Assembly: GCA_965197905.1 (NCBI GenBank)
Contig: CBDAOB010000004.1
Coordinates: 160,001-224,000, forward strand
Direction: 5' to 3'
DNA: 64,000 nt
Source: Candidatus Latescibacterota bacterium
GTDB lineage: Bacteria > Latescibacterota > UBA2968 > UBA8231
This document shows positions 1 to 10,385 of this stretch, piece by piece (position 1 is the first letter of the stretch; every line of letters starts with the position of its first letter). A model generated the notes under the pieces. That model had not been told where the DNA came from. It did no database searches and saw only the letters and a program-made list of their open reading frames with translations. The translations under genes and the position numbers were made by a program.

Positions 1-2017
1 TTGTATCTTCTTTTCGGTGGGTGTGTCGAGCGAGGAGGTCGCTTCATCGAGAATAAGAATCCGCGGATCGTGGAGGATAGCGCGGGCGATTGCGATGCGC
101 TGCTTCTCGCCGCCCGACAGCTTGTTTCCCTGTTCGCCAACCAGCATATCGTAGCCGTCAGGCATCTTTACTGCAAACTCGTGCGCATTCGCGGCTCGCG
201 ACGCGCGCAGGATTTCCTCAAAGGAGGAACCGGGCTTTCCGTAGCCAATGTTTTCGGCGATGGTTCCGTTGAACAGAAACGACTGCTGCGCAACGAGGCC
301 GATCTGATGACGCAGATCCTCAAGCTTCATGTCCCGAATGTCGACACCATCCACCTCAATCGCGCCGCGGGTCACGTCGTAGAATCTGCAGATCAAGTTT
401 ATGAAGGTGGTCTTGCCGGCCCCCGATTTGCCAACGAGGCCGATCATCTCACCCGCGGACACCTCGAGCTCCACGTCCTTGAGGACCGGTTTTCCCGGAT
501 CGTATCCGAAGCTGGCGTCTCCGAACCGCACGCTCCCGCTCAGATTCGGCATCGCCCGGGCTTGCGGATCGTCGAACGGTTCCGGTCGCCCATCGATGAC
601 TTCGAATATGCGCTCGGCGCCGGCATAGGCGCGCATCATAAAACCGTAGAAGTCCCCAAACCATTTCAGCGGCTGATACAGCATCCATATGTAGGTGACG
701 AACGCCATCAGCTCGCCCAGCGTGAGCTGGTTCCCCAAGATCTGCCGCCCCCCGAAGTACCAAACGAAGAAAACCCCAAAACTCATGAAAAAGTTGGTGA
801 TCATGAAGAACATCACCCAGCTCCGCTCCGCTCCCACCAATACCTCTCGCAGCTCGTCGCTGTGACGGTCGAATCGGTCGCCTTCGCGACCCTCCTGAGC
901 GAACGCCTTCACCACGCGAATGCCGCGAATCGACTCGTTCAGGTGGGAAGAGAGGCGCGACCACTTGACCGAGTAACGTCGCCAGTACGCTTCCAATCGG
1001 CTCCAAACCAAGCGGCCTCCGAGAATGATCGGGGGGATCGGAAGCAGCACGTAAAGAGTGAGCTCCCAGTTCATGTATATCAAGAGGCCAAGGATACCGG
1101 TGAGCATCAACGCATTGGAAACGATGAAAGGGATGTCGAACACCAGGTAGATCTCTACCAAGTCCGAATCGTTGCTCATGCGGGAAACCAGCGCGCCCAC
1201 CTTGCGCTTGTCGTGGAATCGGAGAGGCAGGAACTGCAACGACCGATACAGATCCGCCCGCATTTCCTCCGAGGTTCGCAGACCGATCCAGGTGCCCAAC
1301 CAGTTGCGGCCCATCCCGGCTGCCCAAACGAAAATACCCACAGCCAGAAGCCCGAGAACCAGCCAGGGTAGCAGCGACGGATCCGAAGGGCCTCAATACG
1401 TCGTCGATCAGACGTTTGGTTATCAGCGGCGGGACCAGTTCGGCAAGTGTGCTCACAAGGGTCAGGGAGATCAGCATAGCAACGCGGACCCAGTAAGGAG
1501 CCATATAACCCACCAGGCGCCGCAAGGTGTCCAGCTTGCGCGTGCAGGCCGGGCATTTGCCATCCTTCTCCGGCAGAACGCGACCGCACTTGATGCAGTG
1601 GCTGCGTTCCAACCACGTGGCCAGCGCCAGCGGTTTGTCGGCCTTGAGTTGATTGATGCCTTCGGCCACCTCGGAGAACTTGGGCGCGAGGGTGCTGGAG
1701 AAGTAGACTCTGACCGGCTCACGTCCGCTCCGCTCGACCTCCAGGTGACCGCCGCCAACCATCGGCTCAAACCTCGCCGTGCGGATCCCCGCCATGGGGA
1801 TGCTGACGGTTCCGTCGACACCTGGTCCGCGCAGTACCAATAGCTGGCGGTCTGTGACCACGAGCCAGCGCTCGTCATACATCTCATGGTCGGCCATGTC
1901 GGTGGCCACCTGAATCAGAACGCGCTCTCCAACTCCGATCTCACGCCTCAGCTTGTCTCCCACAGATGGGGGGATGTGCTCAAGAAACGCGGTTTGCTCT
2001 GTATTGGTCACGGTCAT
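1..2017 (-). pseudogene. ABC exporter (TMD+NBD) with N-terminal extension; frameshifted near 1375-1385; 3' end runs off the window
   Basis: N-terminal part is in ORF 449..2017 and parallels the upstream gene, including CxxC-x10-CxxC. After ...DDVLRPFGS the homologous sequence continues in another frame (SLLPWLVLGLLAVG...EEMRADLYR) to LSGGEKQRIAIARAILHDPRILILDEATSS at the window edge. May be an intact gene with a sequencing indel. Confidence 0.85.
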
Positions 2018-2020
2018 GGC

Positions 2021-4264
2021 TTATTCATGGATGGCGATTATCTGAGCAACTTCCTGTTGTAGCTCTACCAGATCCGCGAATGCCCCGCCGCGCTCCATCA
2101 GCTCGGCATGCGTTCCGACCTCGACGACCCTCCCATCGTCCATCACGACGAGTCGATCGGCGTTGCGTAGCGTGGAGAGACGGTGGGCGATGGCAAAGGT
2201 TGTGCGCCCGCGAATGAGGTGTGCAATGGCGTCTTGAATCTGCTTCTCCGTCTCTACGTCGACCGAAGAGGTGGCTTCGTCGAGGATAAGTACCCGCGGA
2301 TCGTGCAGGATGGCGCGGGCGATGGAGATTCTCTGTTTCTCTCCACCGGACAGGTTGTTTCCCTGATCACCCACCTGGGTGTCGTACCCGTCCGGCTTGG
2401 CCGCGATGAAGTTGTGCGCATGAGCGATCCTGGCCGCCTCCAATACCTCGCCAAAGGTGGCCTGGGGATTGCCGTAGCCAATGTTTTCAGCGATCGTCCC
2501 GCTGAACAGCACTGGTTCCTGCAGCACGATGCCAATCTGGCGCCTGAGATCTGGAAGGCGAATTTTTCGCAGGTCTACGCCGTCGATTTCTATCGCTCCG
2601 CGGTCTACGTCATAGAAACGGCAAGTCAGGTTTACGGTCGTCGTCTTGCCCACGCCAGAACGTCCGACCAGGCCGATCATCTCGCCTGCTTTGACGTCCA
2701 GGTCGATATCGTGCAGCACCGGCTTGCTTTTGTCGTATCCGAAACTCACCCCGCGAAAGGTCACCCGTCCTTCGATATCGGGCATGGCTACGGCGTCGGG
2801 ATCGGCGTAGGCTTCGGCTTCGGTGTCGATCACCTCGAAGATGCGCTCAGCCCCGGCGAAAGCTCGCGACATCCACGAATTGACGGCGCTGAACCAATGC
2901 AGCGGTCCGTATACCAGCCACATATACGAGTAGAACGCGAGCAGGGTTCCCAAAGTAAGGCGGCCCTGCAGCACCTCAGCGCCACCAAAGTACCAGACTA
3001 CCAGTACTCCGAATCCGGTCAGGAACGTGGCGGTTTCGAAAAAGATGCCGCGATTCAATTCGGTATCCACGCCAACCTGGCGCGCTCGAGCGTTGACGGC
3101 ATCAAACGATTCGATTTCGCGTTTCTCCTGGGCGAACGCCTTGACCACACGAATTCCCGAGAGCGATTCGTGCGTGCACTCGGTCAATTTCGACCAGGCG
3201 CGGTTCCACTTGCCAAAGAAGCGTCGCATCCGCTGCCAAAACACCCCGCCCCAGACCACGATGAACGGAACGGGCAGCAGCATGTACAGGCTCAGGTCTA
3301 CGCTCATCGAGAAGAGAAAAGCGAGAATACCCAGAATCGTCAGTACATTTATGATCAGGTAGGGCAACCCGTCCACCAGGAATTCCTGCAGGCCGCCCGT
3401 GTCCCGCGTCACTCGAGACATGAGGGCGCCGACCTTGCGTTTGTCGTAGAACTGGAGAGAGAGCATCTCGAGCTTGCGGTAGAGCTCTCTGCGGATGTCG
3501 GCCGTTACCTGGGCACCTAACCAAGCCACGACCCATCCGTGCGCCCATTCCGCGCTCCAGGCGACCAGGCGAATCCCGATCAACGCCAGCACCAGGATTC
3601 CCAGAAGGTTGAAGCGCTGGTCAAGAGCTAACGCGCCGCTGTCGACGGGCACGAAAACTTCGTCGACAACACGCTTGATGACCAACGCCGGTAGCAACTC
3701 GCAGACGGTGGCGACGATAGATGCCCCACCAAGAACCAGGACCTTGCCTCGGTACGGCATCATGTAGTTGGCGATGCGCCGCAAGGTAGCCAGCCGCGAG
3801 ATGCAGGCCGGACAGATTCCGTTTTTTTCCGGCAGAAGACGCGCGCACTTCTCGCAGCGGGTGCGATCGAGGGTCGTATTGATCGACAACGCCTCCGCGG
3901 TTCGCAACTGCTCGATGCCGCGCGCGACCTCCGAAATCTTCTCCGCCTCGGTCCCCGAATAGGGCACCTCAACCGTTGGTCCCGAAAACCGCTCTATTTC
4001 CAGCCGACCGCCACCAACCAATGGCTCGGTGCTAGCCGAACGAACGTCCCCAAGTGGCACGCGGTCCAGCTGCTCCAGGGTTCCATTTCGAGCAACGATC
4101 ACCTGCTTGTCGGTGACTGCCAGCCAATGAGCGCCGAAGCGACCGTCGACATCCAAATCGGTTGATACCAGGATCTGTATCTCCTCATCGGAGCCGACAG
4201 CTTCGGCAATCTCGGGCGCGCTGGTCCCGTCGATATGTTCGACTAGCTTTTCGGTTTCCGGCAT
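2021..4264 (-). CDS. ABC exporter, fused permease/ATP-binding protein with N-terminal extension and Zn-ribbon-like motif
   Basis: Walker A GRSGVGKT, signature LSGGEKQR, Walker B ILDEAT, H-loop IAHRLST, hydrophobic TMD, CEKC...CPAC. Confidence 0.93.
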   Translation of the reverse strand: MPETEKLVEHIDGTSAPEIAEAVGSDEEIQILVSTDLDVDGRFGAHWLAVTDKQVIVARNGTLEQLDRVPLGDVRSASTEPLVGGGRLEIERFSGPTVEVPYSGTEAEKISEVARGIEQLRTAEALSINTTLDRTRCEKCARLLPEKNGICPACISRLATLRRIANYMMPYRGKVLVLGGASIVATVCELLPALVIKRVVDEVFVPVDSGALALDQRFNLLGILVLALIGIRLVAWSAEWAHGWVVAWLGAQVTADIRRELYRKLEMLSLQFYDKRKVGALMSRVTRDTGGLQEFLVDGLPYLIINVLTILGILAFLFSMSVDLSLYMLLPVPFIVVWGGVFWQRMRRFFGKWNRAWSKLTECTHESLSGIRVVKAFAQEKREIESFDAVNARARQVGVDTELNRGIFFETATFLTGFGVLVVWYFGGAEVLQGRLTLGTLLAFYSYMWLVYGPLHWFSAVNSWMSRAFAGAERIFEVIDTEAEAYADPDAVAMPDIEGRVTFRGVSFGYDKSKPVLHDIDLDVKAGEMIGLVGRSGVGKTTTVNLTCRFYDVDRGAIEIDGVDLRKIRLPDLRRQIGIVLQEPVLFSGTIAENIGYGNPQATFGEVLEAARIAHAHNFIAAKPDGYDTQVGDQGNNLSGGEKQRISIARAILHDPRVLILDEATSSVDVETEKQIQDAIAHLIRGRTTFAIAHRLSTLRNADRLVVMDDGRVVEVGTHAELMERGGAFADLVELQQEVAQIIAIHE

Positions 4265-4284
4265 CTAACGTCTCAGATTATCCT

Positions 4285-4488
4285 TTAGTTTAGGTCGATG
4301 AACTCGTCCATATCAAGACCTAGTCGTCGAGGACGTCGATGGCGTCGGGAATGGGGCGTCTCGATTCCGTACTGCCGGCACAGCCGACCAAAGGTGCCGG
4401 CGGCGATCCCCAGGGCCCTACTGGCGTCCTGGTTGCTGGCGTAAAGACGAGCGGCGCGTTCGATGCGCTCGCGGGCGATCTTTTCCAC
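4285..4488 (-). CDS. small helix-turn-helix protein (Fis-like HTH), 67 aa
   Basis: GTG start with strong RBS AAGGAGG; NQDASRALGIAAGTFGRLCRQYGI resembles a Fis-type HTH (N..AA..LGI...L..YGI). Confidence 0.7.
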   Translation of the reverse strand: MEKIARERIERAARLYASNQDASRALGIAAGTFGRLCRQYGIETPHSRRHRRPRRLGLDMDEFIDLN

Positions 4489-4518
4489 AGCTTCCTCCTT
4501 TCGAAACCTGCGGTTAAC

Positions 4519-4560
4519 AAAAAAAAGGCTGCAAACTCGGTCGATCTGAGTCTGCAGCCC
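4519..4560 (-). terminator. intrinsic terminator 2 of a tandem pair
   Basis: Minus strand GGCTGCAGACTC...GAGTTTGCAGCC followed by T8. Confidence 0.75.
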
Positions 4561-4590
4561 AAAAAAAACCGCGGGGAAATTTCCCGCGGT
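4561..4590 (-). terminator. intrinsic terminator 1 of a tandem pair
   Basis: Minus strand ACCGCGGGAAATTTCCCCGCGG followed by T8. Confidence 0.75.
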
Positions 4591-4931
4591 CTCGAATCCA
4601 ACTTTTGATTCGCTTAACCTCCGGGATCGTTCCAGGCTGCAGCGCGGGTCGCCAATACCCGCTTTGCGTCGACCTTTTGTGTAATCTGATTGTGATGGGG
4701 GCCTACCAGACGGGATTCACACATTCTTGCCCCCGCCGGAGTCACGAAACCCCATTTAGACATTGCGCATTTACGCATGCCGCCCGGCAGGGCAACGGAC
4801 TTCGGCTGTCCGCGAAACCGCTTTATCAGGCCCGAATTCATCGTTAGCATTCTGGTGTATGGATTAGTCGCATCATATTCAGTTGCCAATATTGGTGCTC
4901 ATTTCAACATATTGCTTGTCAGCACTGTGAA

Positions 4932-4978
4932 AAGGTAAAAGCGGTTTTTGAACAATGTCAAGATCAAAAGCCGTTTTT
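4932..4978 (-). promoter_or_regulatory. putative sigma70 promoter with the -35 flanked by a 15-bp imperfect inverted repeat
   Basis: TTGACA on the minus strand at 4956-4961, TACCTT 18 bp downstream; arms AAAAGCGGTTTTTGA (4937-4951) and TCAAAAGCCGTTTTT (4964-4978). Confidence 0.45.
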
Positions 4979-5041
4979 TTCGGCGACAGGCCGATTTGCC
5001 ACAGATTTCCAACTTAGCTCCTCTTCGTATATTACCACTCC

Positions 5042-5860
5042 ATGTCCTCAACTCCATCTGCGGCAGCTGCCCCCAACGAAAAAAGCCGAACCGACCCGGA
5101 CCAGATCGATGCGTCCAATAGTCAGCTAGCGGCTTATATAAATGAAATCGCCTTCGAGACCATGGAGATGGGCGATCTTCTGAAGTGGGCGGATGAGGCT
5201 TTCCCGGGAAGGGCAGTGATCAGCACCAGCCTGCAGCGCACCGGCATTGTTTTGCTTCACCTGGCGTCGGAGCTCGGTTTGAGCCTTCGCGTCGCCACCG
5301 TGGATACCTGGAGGTTACATCGCGAAACCCACGAGTTCCTGGAACAGATCGAAAAACGCTACGGATGCGATGTGGAGCGCATCGTGCCTAATGCAGAGCA
5401 AGTAAATAGCATGATCGAACGTTTTGGTGAGTACCTCTTTTTCGATTCGAAAGAAAAGCAGGAGTACTGCTGTCAGGTGCGGAAGACCCGGCCTCACCAC
5501 GAGCTACTGACAACAGCCGACTGCTGGATTGCCGGCGTCCGGCGAGATCAGTCCAGCTATCGGGCAACGAATACACCCAAGGCGAGTCTGGTGCCGGAGT
5601 ACGCTACCCGCCGGCAGATCTTGAAGCTCAATCCTCTGGCTGACTGGACCGAACAGCGTTTGCTCCGGTTCGTCGAGGCGAACGGGATTCCCGAGCACCC
5701 TCTATACGCGAAAGGGTACACGAGCATTGGTTGTTTTATATGCTCGACGCCGGCGGTCGCGGGGGAAGACCAGCGTGTTGGTCGCTGGCGCTGGTTCAAT
5801 CAGAAGAATCGCGAGTTGGAAGAGGACGCGAAGGAATGCGGACTGCATTACAACATCTGA
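5042..5860 (+). CDS. cysH: adenylylsulfate/phosphoadenylylsulfate reductase, Fe-S-containing APS reductase type
   Basis: CCQVRK, GVRRDQS, KLNPLADWT, GYTSIGCFIC, C-terminal ECGLH. Confidence 0.92.
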   Translation: MSSTPSAAAAPNEKSRTDPDQIDASNSQLAAYINEIAFETMEMGDLLKWADEAFPGRAVISTSLQRTGIVLLHLASELGLSLRVATVDTWRLHRETHEFLEQIEKRYGCDVERIVPNAEQVNSMIERFGEYLFFDSKEKQEYCCQVRKTRPHHELLTTADCWIAGVRRDQSSYRATNTPKASLVPEYATRRQILKLNPLADWTEQRLLRFVEANGIPEHPLYAKGYTSIGCFICSTPAVAGEDQRVGRWRWFNQKNRELEEDAKECGLHYNI

Positions 5861-5896
5861 CGCGGAAGGACCGTCGATTCTCGTCAGATAAAGGCC

Positions 5897-7282
5897 TCAC
5901 TGAAAGCGCGCACACCTTTTGAACTGCTGTGCTCGGTCCTCGTAGTTGGCGAACAACCCGAAACTGGCGCACCCTGGAGAGAGTAATATCACGTCACCCG
6001 GGCGCGCGTGACGCTCCGCGGCGGCGACCGCCCATTCCATCGAATCGCCTCTTTCCAAAATCAGGTCCGATCTTACGGCTGAGTCCTTCATTGCGCGCAC
6101 GATCGATTCTGCCTCGTCGCCCAAAAGTAGCACCGCTTTCACGTTGCTTGCCGCCACTGCTTCGCCAAGAGCCGCGAAGTCGGAGCCCTTCCCAGAGCCG
6201 CCCGCGATCAGCTGTAGCGGCTCGGTAAAACACCGGACCGCGGCGGCAGCGGCCTCAGGTGTGGTGGCGGCAGAGTCGTCCACGTATACGATACCGTTGC
6301 GTGTGCCGATCTGCTGTAACCGGTGCGGCAAGCCGGAGAAACTCCGCAGAGAATCAGCGATCGATTCGACGGAAGCACCGAGGATGCTCGCAGTGGCAGC
6401 CGCCGCGAGGCTGTTTTTCAGGTTGTGAGCACCTCTTAAAGAGAGATCGTGCAGGCCGCACAGCTCTACGTTCTCTCCTTCGCGGTCCACGAAGAGGGAC
6501 TCACCTTCGACCCACGTCCCGGTCGGGACCTCGCGGGAGGTGCTGAACCACACCTTCTCCGCCGGGCTCGAGTCGACCAGGCGTCGTGCCGATGAGCTCT
6601 CGAGATCGGCGATCACCCGATCTTTTGGTCCTTGGAAGCGACATATCGATCCCTTGGCGTTTACGTACTCCTCCGCGTCTGCGTGGTAATCCAGATGGTC
6701 TTGAGTAATGTCGAGAACGACTGCTGTCTGGGGGCTGGAACGAAGATCGTGAAGCTGAAAGCTGGACAGCTCCAGAACTATCCGATCGCCAGGTTCGACT
6801 TGCTCGAGGAATCTGATCGGAGGCACGCCAATGTTGCCTCCCAGATGGGTGGTGCCGTCTCCTTCTTTGTGGAGGATGTCAGCGAGCAGGGCAGCGGTAG
6901 TTCCCTTGCCCTTTGTTCCAGTAATGCCAACTACCGCTGCGGGGCACAGATCGAGGAACAACTGGGTCTGGCTCGAAACGTAGACGCCTGCGTTGCGGGC
7001 CGCTTCGATTTCCGGTCTGAGGGTATTGATTCCTGGGGTGCGAAAGATCCAGTCGAAGTCTGTCAGGGCTTCGAGGTATCGGGGCCCGATGCGCCAGGTG
7101 TGAACGCATGGATTCCATTCAGCTCGATTCTGGATAACATCAAGCTTGCCGCCGTCACACACCGAAAAATCGAACCCTTGGGCGCAAAGGAATCGGCCCA
7201 ACGCGCGGTTCTCCTTTCCGAACCCCAGCAGTGCGATTCGCGAGTCTCTCAGTTGTTCGAGTGATTGGTTTCTCGGCGACAA
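5897..7282 (-). CDS. murD: UDP-N-acetylmuramoyl-L-alanine--D-glutamate ligase
   Basis: LGFGKEN, GITGTKGKGTT, GGNIG, ELSSFQL, DHLDYH, LLSPGCASF. Start placed at TTG 7282; the longer ORF overlaps the divergent gene. Confidence 0.93.
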   Translation of the reverse strand: MSPRNQSLEQLRDSRIALLGFGKENRALGRFLCAQGFDFSVCDGGKLDVIQNRAEWNPCVHTWRIGPRYLEALTDFDWIFRTPGINTLRPEIEAARNAGVYVSSQTQLFLDLCPAAVVGITGTKGKGTTAALLADILHKEGDGTTHLGGNIGVPPIRFLEQVEPGDRIVLELSSFQLHDLRSSPQTAVVLDITQDHLDYHADAEEYVNAKGSICRFQGPKDRVIADLESSSARRLVDSSPAEKVWFSTSREVPTGTWVEGESLFVDREGENVELCGLHDLSLRGAHNLKNSLAAAATASILGASVESIADSLRSFSGLPHRLQQIGTRNGIVYVDDSAATTPEAAAAAVRCFTEPLQLIAGGSGKGSDFAALGEAVAASNVKAVLLLGDEAESIVRAMKDSAVRSDLILERGDSMEWAVAAAERHARPGDVILLSPGCASFGLFANYEDRAQQFKRCARFQ

Positions 7283-7466
7283 TTTGCTCTCGTAACGTAG
7301 CTTGAATGACCTATTTCCTACGCGTATATTGGGCGCGGCGTGCTCCCCTCCTTCTCCAAAACATAAAGATGTGTAATAACCGACGGAAAAACAGCACAAT
7401 CCGCGCTCCCATTCATCGGTGCGAGTGCTCCCCTGTGCATCCCGCTCAGCAGATTGAAGATGGCAT

Positions 7467-8285
7467 ATGCCCAAGCTAAAAGAGCTCAACGCGGTTGTCA
7501 CTCAAAAGGTCGAGATCGCGCCGGGACTGGCAATCTTTCGCGTCGTTCCCGATGGGTGGAGCTTGGCGGATTTTGCCCCCGGTCAGTTCGCCGCGGTCGG
7601 CTTGCCCGAATCCGTCCCACGCTGTGCCGCTGCCGAACCCGAGGCGAATCCAGAGCCGGAGGGCACCATGATACAGCGCGCCTATTCCATCGCCTCGTCG
7701 CCGTCGTCCAAAGAGCATCTGGATTTATACATCATTTTGGTTCCAGAGGGGTGTCTAACCCCCCGGCTGTTCCAGCTGGAGATGGGAGGCCGCATTTGGT
7801 TGTCTCCGAAGATTACGGGGAAGTTCACAATTGACGGGATCCCGTCGGAAGCGAATCTGGTGCTCGCCTGCACCGGTACGGGGATCGCGCCGTATATCAG
7901 CATGGTGCGCACCTACCTCGCCCCGGACATGCAACGAAAGCTGGCCATCATACACGGGGTTCGGCATTCGTGGGAGCTGGGATACGACTCAGAGCTTATG
8001 GCTTTGCAACGTATCGCTCCCGGGTTTGCCTACATCCCGACCGTGAGCAGGGCCCATCTGGAGCACACCGAGTGGAAAGGCGACACCGGGTACGTGCAGC
8101 ACATCTGGGAGAAAGGCATACTCGACGAAGCTTGGGGATTTCATCCCACGCCGGCCGATACGCACATTTTGATGTGCGGCAATCCGGGCATGATCGAGGA
8201 TATGGAGACGATTATCAAAGCCGAGGGGTTCGAAGAGCATACCTCAAGATCCCCGGGACAGTACCATGTTGAAAAGTACTGGTAA
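7467..8285 (+). CDS. fpr: ferredoxin--NADP(+) reductase
   Basis: RAYSIAS FAD motif, TGTGIAPY, MCGNPGM, C-terminal EKYW. Confidence 0.88.
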   Translation: MPKLKELNAVVTQKVEIAPGLAIFRVVPDGWSLADFAPGQFAAVGLPESVPRCAAAEPEANPEPEGTMIQRAYSIASSPSSKEHLDLYIILVPEGCLTPRLFQLEMGGRIWLSPKITGKFTIDGIPSEANLVLACTGTGIAPYISMVRTYLAPDMQRKLAIIHGVRHSWELGYDSELMALQRIAPGFAYIPTVSRAHLEHTEWKGDTGYVQHIWEKGILDEAWGFHPTPADTHILMCGNPGMIEDMETIIKAEGFEEHTSRSPGQYHVEKYW

Positions 8286-8306
8286 CACCCTGACCGGTCG
8301 ACAGCC

Positions 8307-9275
8307 ATGAAATTGATCGTACAGATCCCCTGCTTGAACGAAGCAGACACCCTCGCCGATACGGTAAAGGATATTCCGCGAGCCATCGAGGGCATCGATC
8401 AGGTAGAGATCCTGGTCATCGACGACGGCTCCACGGACAATACGGAGCGGGTGGCTCGTGATGCCGGCGTCGACCACGTCATACGTTTTCCGCGAAATCG
8501 GGGATTGGGGTACGCGTTTAAAGCGGGCTTCGACACTTGTCTGAAACTGGGGGCCGACATCATCATCAACACCGATGGAGACAACCAGTACTTTGGTGGC
8601 GACGTGCCCGCGCTTGTGAAACCGATTGTAGAGGGTCGGGCCGATCTGGTTATCGGGGACCGGCAAACCGGATCCATCGGCCACTTCTCGCCTTTGAAGC
8701 GGTATCTGCAGAGCGTCGGCAGTCGCACCATCAGTCGCATGGCGACGCTCTCCGTACCCGATGTAGCGAGCGGCTTTCGCGCTTTCAGCCGAGAGGCCGC
8801 CCTCAGGCTCTCGACCTTCACCGACTTCGATCACACCGCCGAGCATGTGGTGGAGTCGGGTCAGAATCGGTTTGCGGTCCTCAGCGTTCCGGTGCGCACC
8901 AATCCGAAAGCCCGGGAATCACGTCTGTTCTCCAATCTGGGCGAATTCGTTTTCCGCTCGGGGATCATCAGTCTCCGCACCTATGCCCGCTACAAGGCGC
9001 TGAAGATCTTCACGCTGTTCGGCGCCTTCACGTTCGTTCTCGGCGCCCTTCTCGGGGTGCGTTTCCTCTACTATTTCTTCTTCACCGCCGAGGGCGAGCT
9101 TCATATCCAGTCGGTAATTCTTGGTGCCGTTCTGCTGCTTGCCGGGTTCCAAATGTTTCTGACCGGTATCGTTGCCGATCTGATCGCCACCAATCGCAGT
9201 CTTATGGAGGAGACTCTGACGCGCGTTCGCAAGGTGGAGCTGGATCTGATCTCCAGGGACGCTGGTAGCCGGTAA
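8307..9275 (+). CDS. glycosyltransferase family 2 (polyprenol-phosphate GT-like) with two C-terminal TM helices
   Basis: IPCLNEA, DDGSTD, TDGDNQY, SGFRAFSR. Confidence 0.9.
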   Translation: MKLIVQIPCLNEADTLADTVKDIPRAIEGIDQVEILVIDDGSTDNTERVARDAGVDHVIRFPRNRGLGYAFKAGFDTCLKLGADIIINTDGDNQYFGGDVPALVKPIVEGRADLVIGDRQTGSIGHFSPLKRYLQSVGSRTISRMATLSVPDVASGFRAFSREAALRLSTFTDFDHTAEHVVESGQNRFAVLSVPVRTNPKARESRLFSNLGEFVFRSGIISLRTYARYKALKIFTLFGAFTFVLGALLGVRFLYYFFFTAEGELHIQSVILGAVLLLAGFQMFLTGIVADLIATNRSLMEETLTRVRKVELDLISRDAGSR

Positions 9276-9297
9276 CGGCTTGCGAGCGCTGCCCTTT

Positions 9298-10241
9298 CTA
9301 TTCTCCGCCGCACCGCAAGCGCTTCGGCGCGCGGCAGTAGATCTCGCACCAACGCCCGGAACCGGGGTGAGTGAATCCGACGTATCGAGCATGCAGGTGA
9401 TACCCGCAATCGCCGGGTAGCGCCGGGCGATCGCCAGGATCCCGGTCTAGTGGCACGCCGCCTGCACCGTAGAGCGGATCGCCGACAAGGGGATACCCTG
9501 CCGCCGCCAGATGAATCCGAATTTGGTGGGGCCTGCCGGTGGGGATTTCCACTTCTAGGAGGGTCTGCCGAGCGGCCAAATCGCGGCGACAGACGCAGCA
9601 CTCGCTGCGCGCAGGAACGCCGGCCGTTGTCGCCGCGTAGAGCTTGTCGACGGGTCCGTAGGCCACGCGTCCAATGGGGCTTTCCACCGAAAAGTCGTTT
9701 GGCATATCGGTTCCGGCGACCAGGGCTCGGTAACATTTGCGAATGGAACCGGTGCGAAAGTCTCGAGAGAGGTCCCTTCTGGCGCGCGGGGAAGCGGCGA
9801 ACAAAACCAGGCCTGAGGTCCCACGGCCCAGCCGGTGAAGCGGGGCTAGGTGGCCTCCGAGCTTGAGACGAACCAGATGCAGCAAGGTCCGATTCAAGAA
9901 CTGACCACCGGGAAGAACGGGAAGTCCGGACGGTTTGATGGTGGCGATCAGATCGTCATCCGCATATGCTAACGCGAACTGGGAGGGAGCTTCGGGCTCT
10001 CGCCAAGGCGGGCGATGGTAACTGAGCTTCTGCCCGGTGCAAACCACAGCCTCCCCCTGGTCGTGGGTCGATCGTCCAGTCTAACGAGACCGGTGGCGAC
10101 GCGCTCACTCCAGGTATCGCGGGAGGAGTGGGGGTAGCGTTGGGTATAGAAATCGAGGACGGCGATGCCTGCCGAATCCCCGGAAATGCGATCGACATAG
10201 GTCCATCCCTGATTCCGGTCTGCCCTACTCTCCGATTCCAT
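9298..10241 (-). pseudogene. RluA-family pseudouridine synthase, frameshifted at a G5 run near 10053-10057
   Basis: N-terminus in ORF 9969..10241 (GWTYVD...FYTQRYPHSSR); catalytic part in ORF 9298..10047 (KPSGLP, HRLGRGTSGL, TGRPHQIR, GDPLY). Adding one G to the homopolymer joins the frames. Confidence 0.85.
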
Positions 10242-10269
10242 CTCTTAAATCTACTCTCGTCTCGGGAGA

Positions 10270-10298
10270 TTGACACAAACCTGCTGAATATTTATTAT
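10270..10298 (+). promoter_or_regulatory. probable native argC sigma70 promoter, now separated from argC by the IS
   Basis: TTGACA (10270-10275), 17 bp, TATTAT (10293-10298), in an AT-rich patch just left of the insertion site. Confidence 0.55.
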
Positions 10299-10324
10299 AA
10301 TAAATAATTATCGGAACTATCTAC

Positions 10325-10353
10325 TTGACAAAGCAGCCCATAAGTAGTATATT
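10325..10353 (+). promoter_or_regulatory. transposase promoter overlapping the left inverted repeat
   Basis: TTGACA (10325-10330), 17 bp, TATATT (10348-10353). Confidence 0.65.
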
Positions 10354-10385
10354 AACAAGTAGAAAGATTGAAAAAGGGGCTGAAA

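Noticed and set aside
1..1371. 456-aa plus-strand ORF, and similar long ORFs such as 2183..3520 and 34748..36352
   Set aside because: Antisense shadows of real genes in GC-rich DNA, with no motifs of their own.
4640..4730. Fragments resembling c-di-GMP-I (GACGCAAAGC) or c-di-AMP (GTGAATC...GGTAGG) riboswitches
   Set aside because: The remaining conserved elements of each class could not be found, so the region is left as an unassigned leader.
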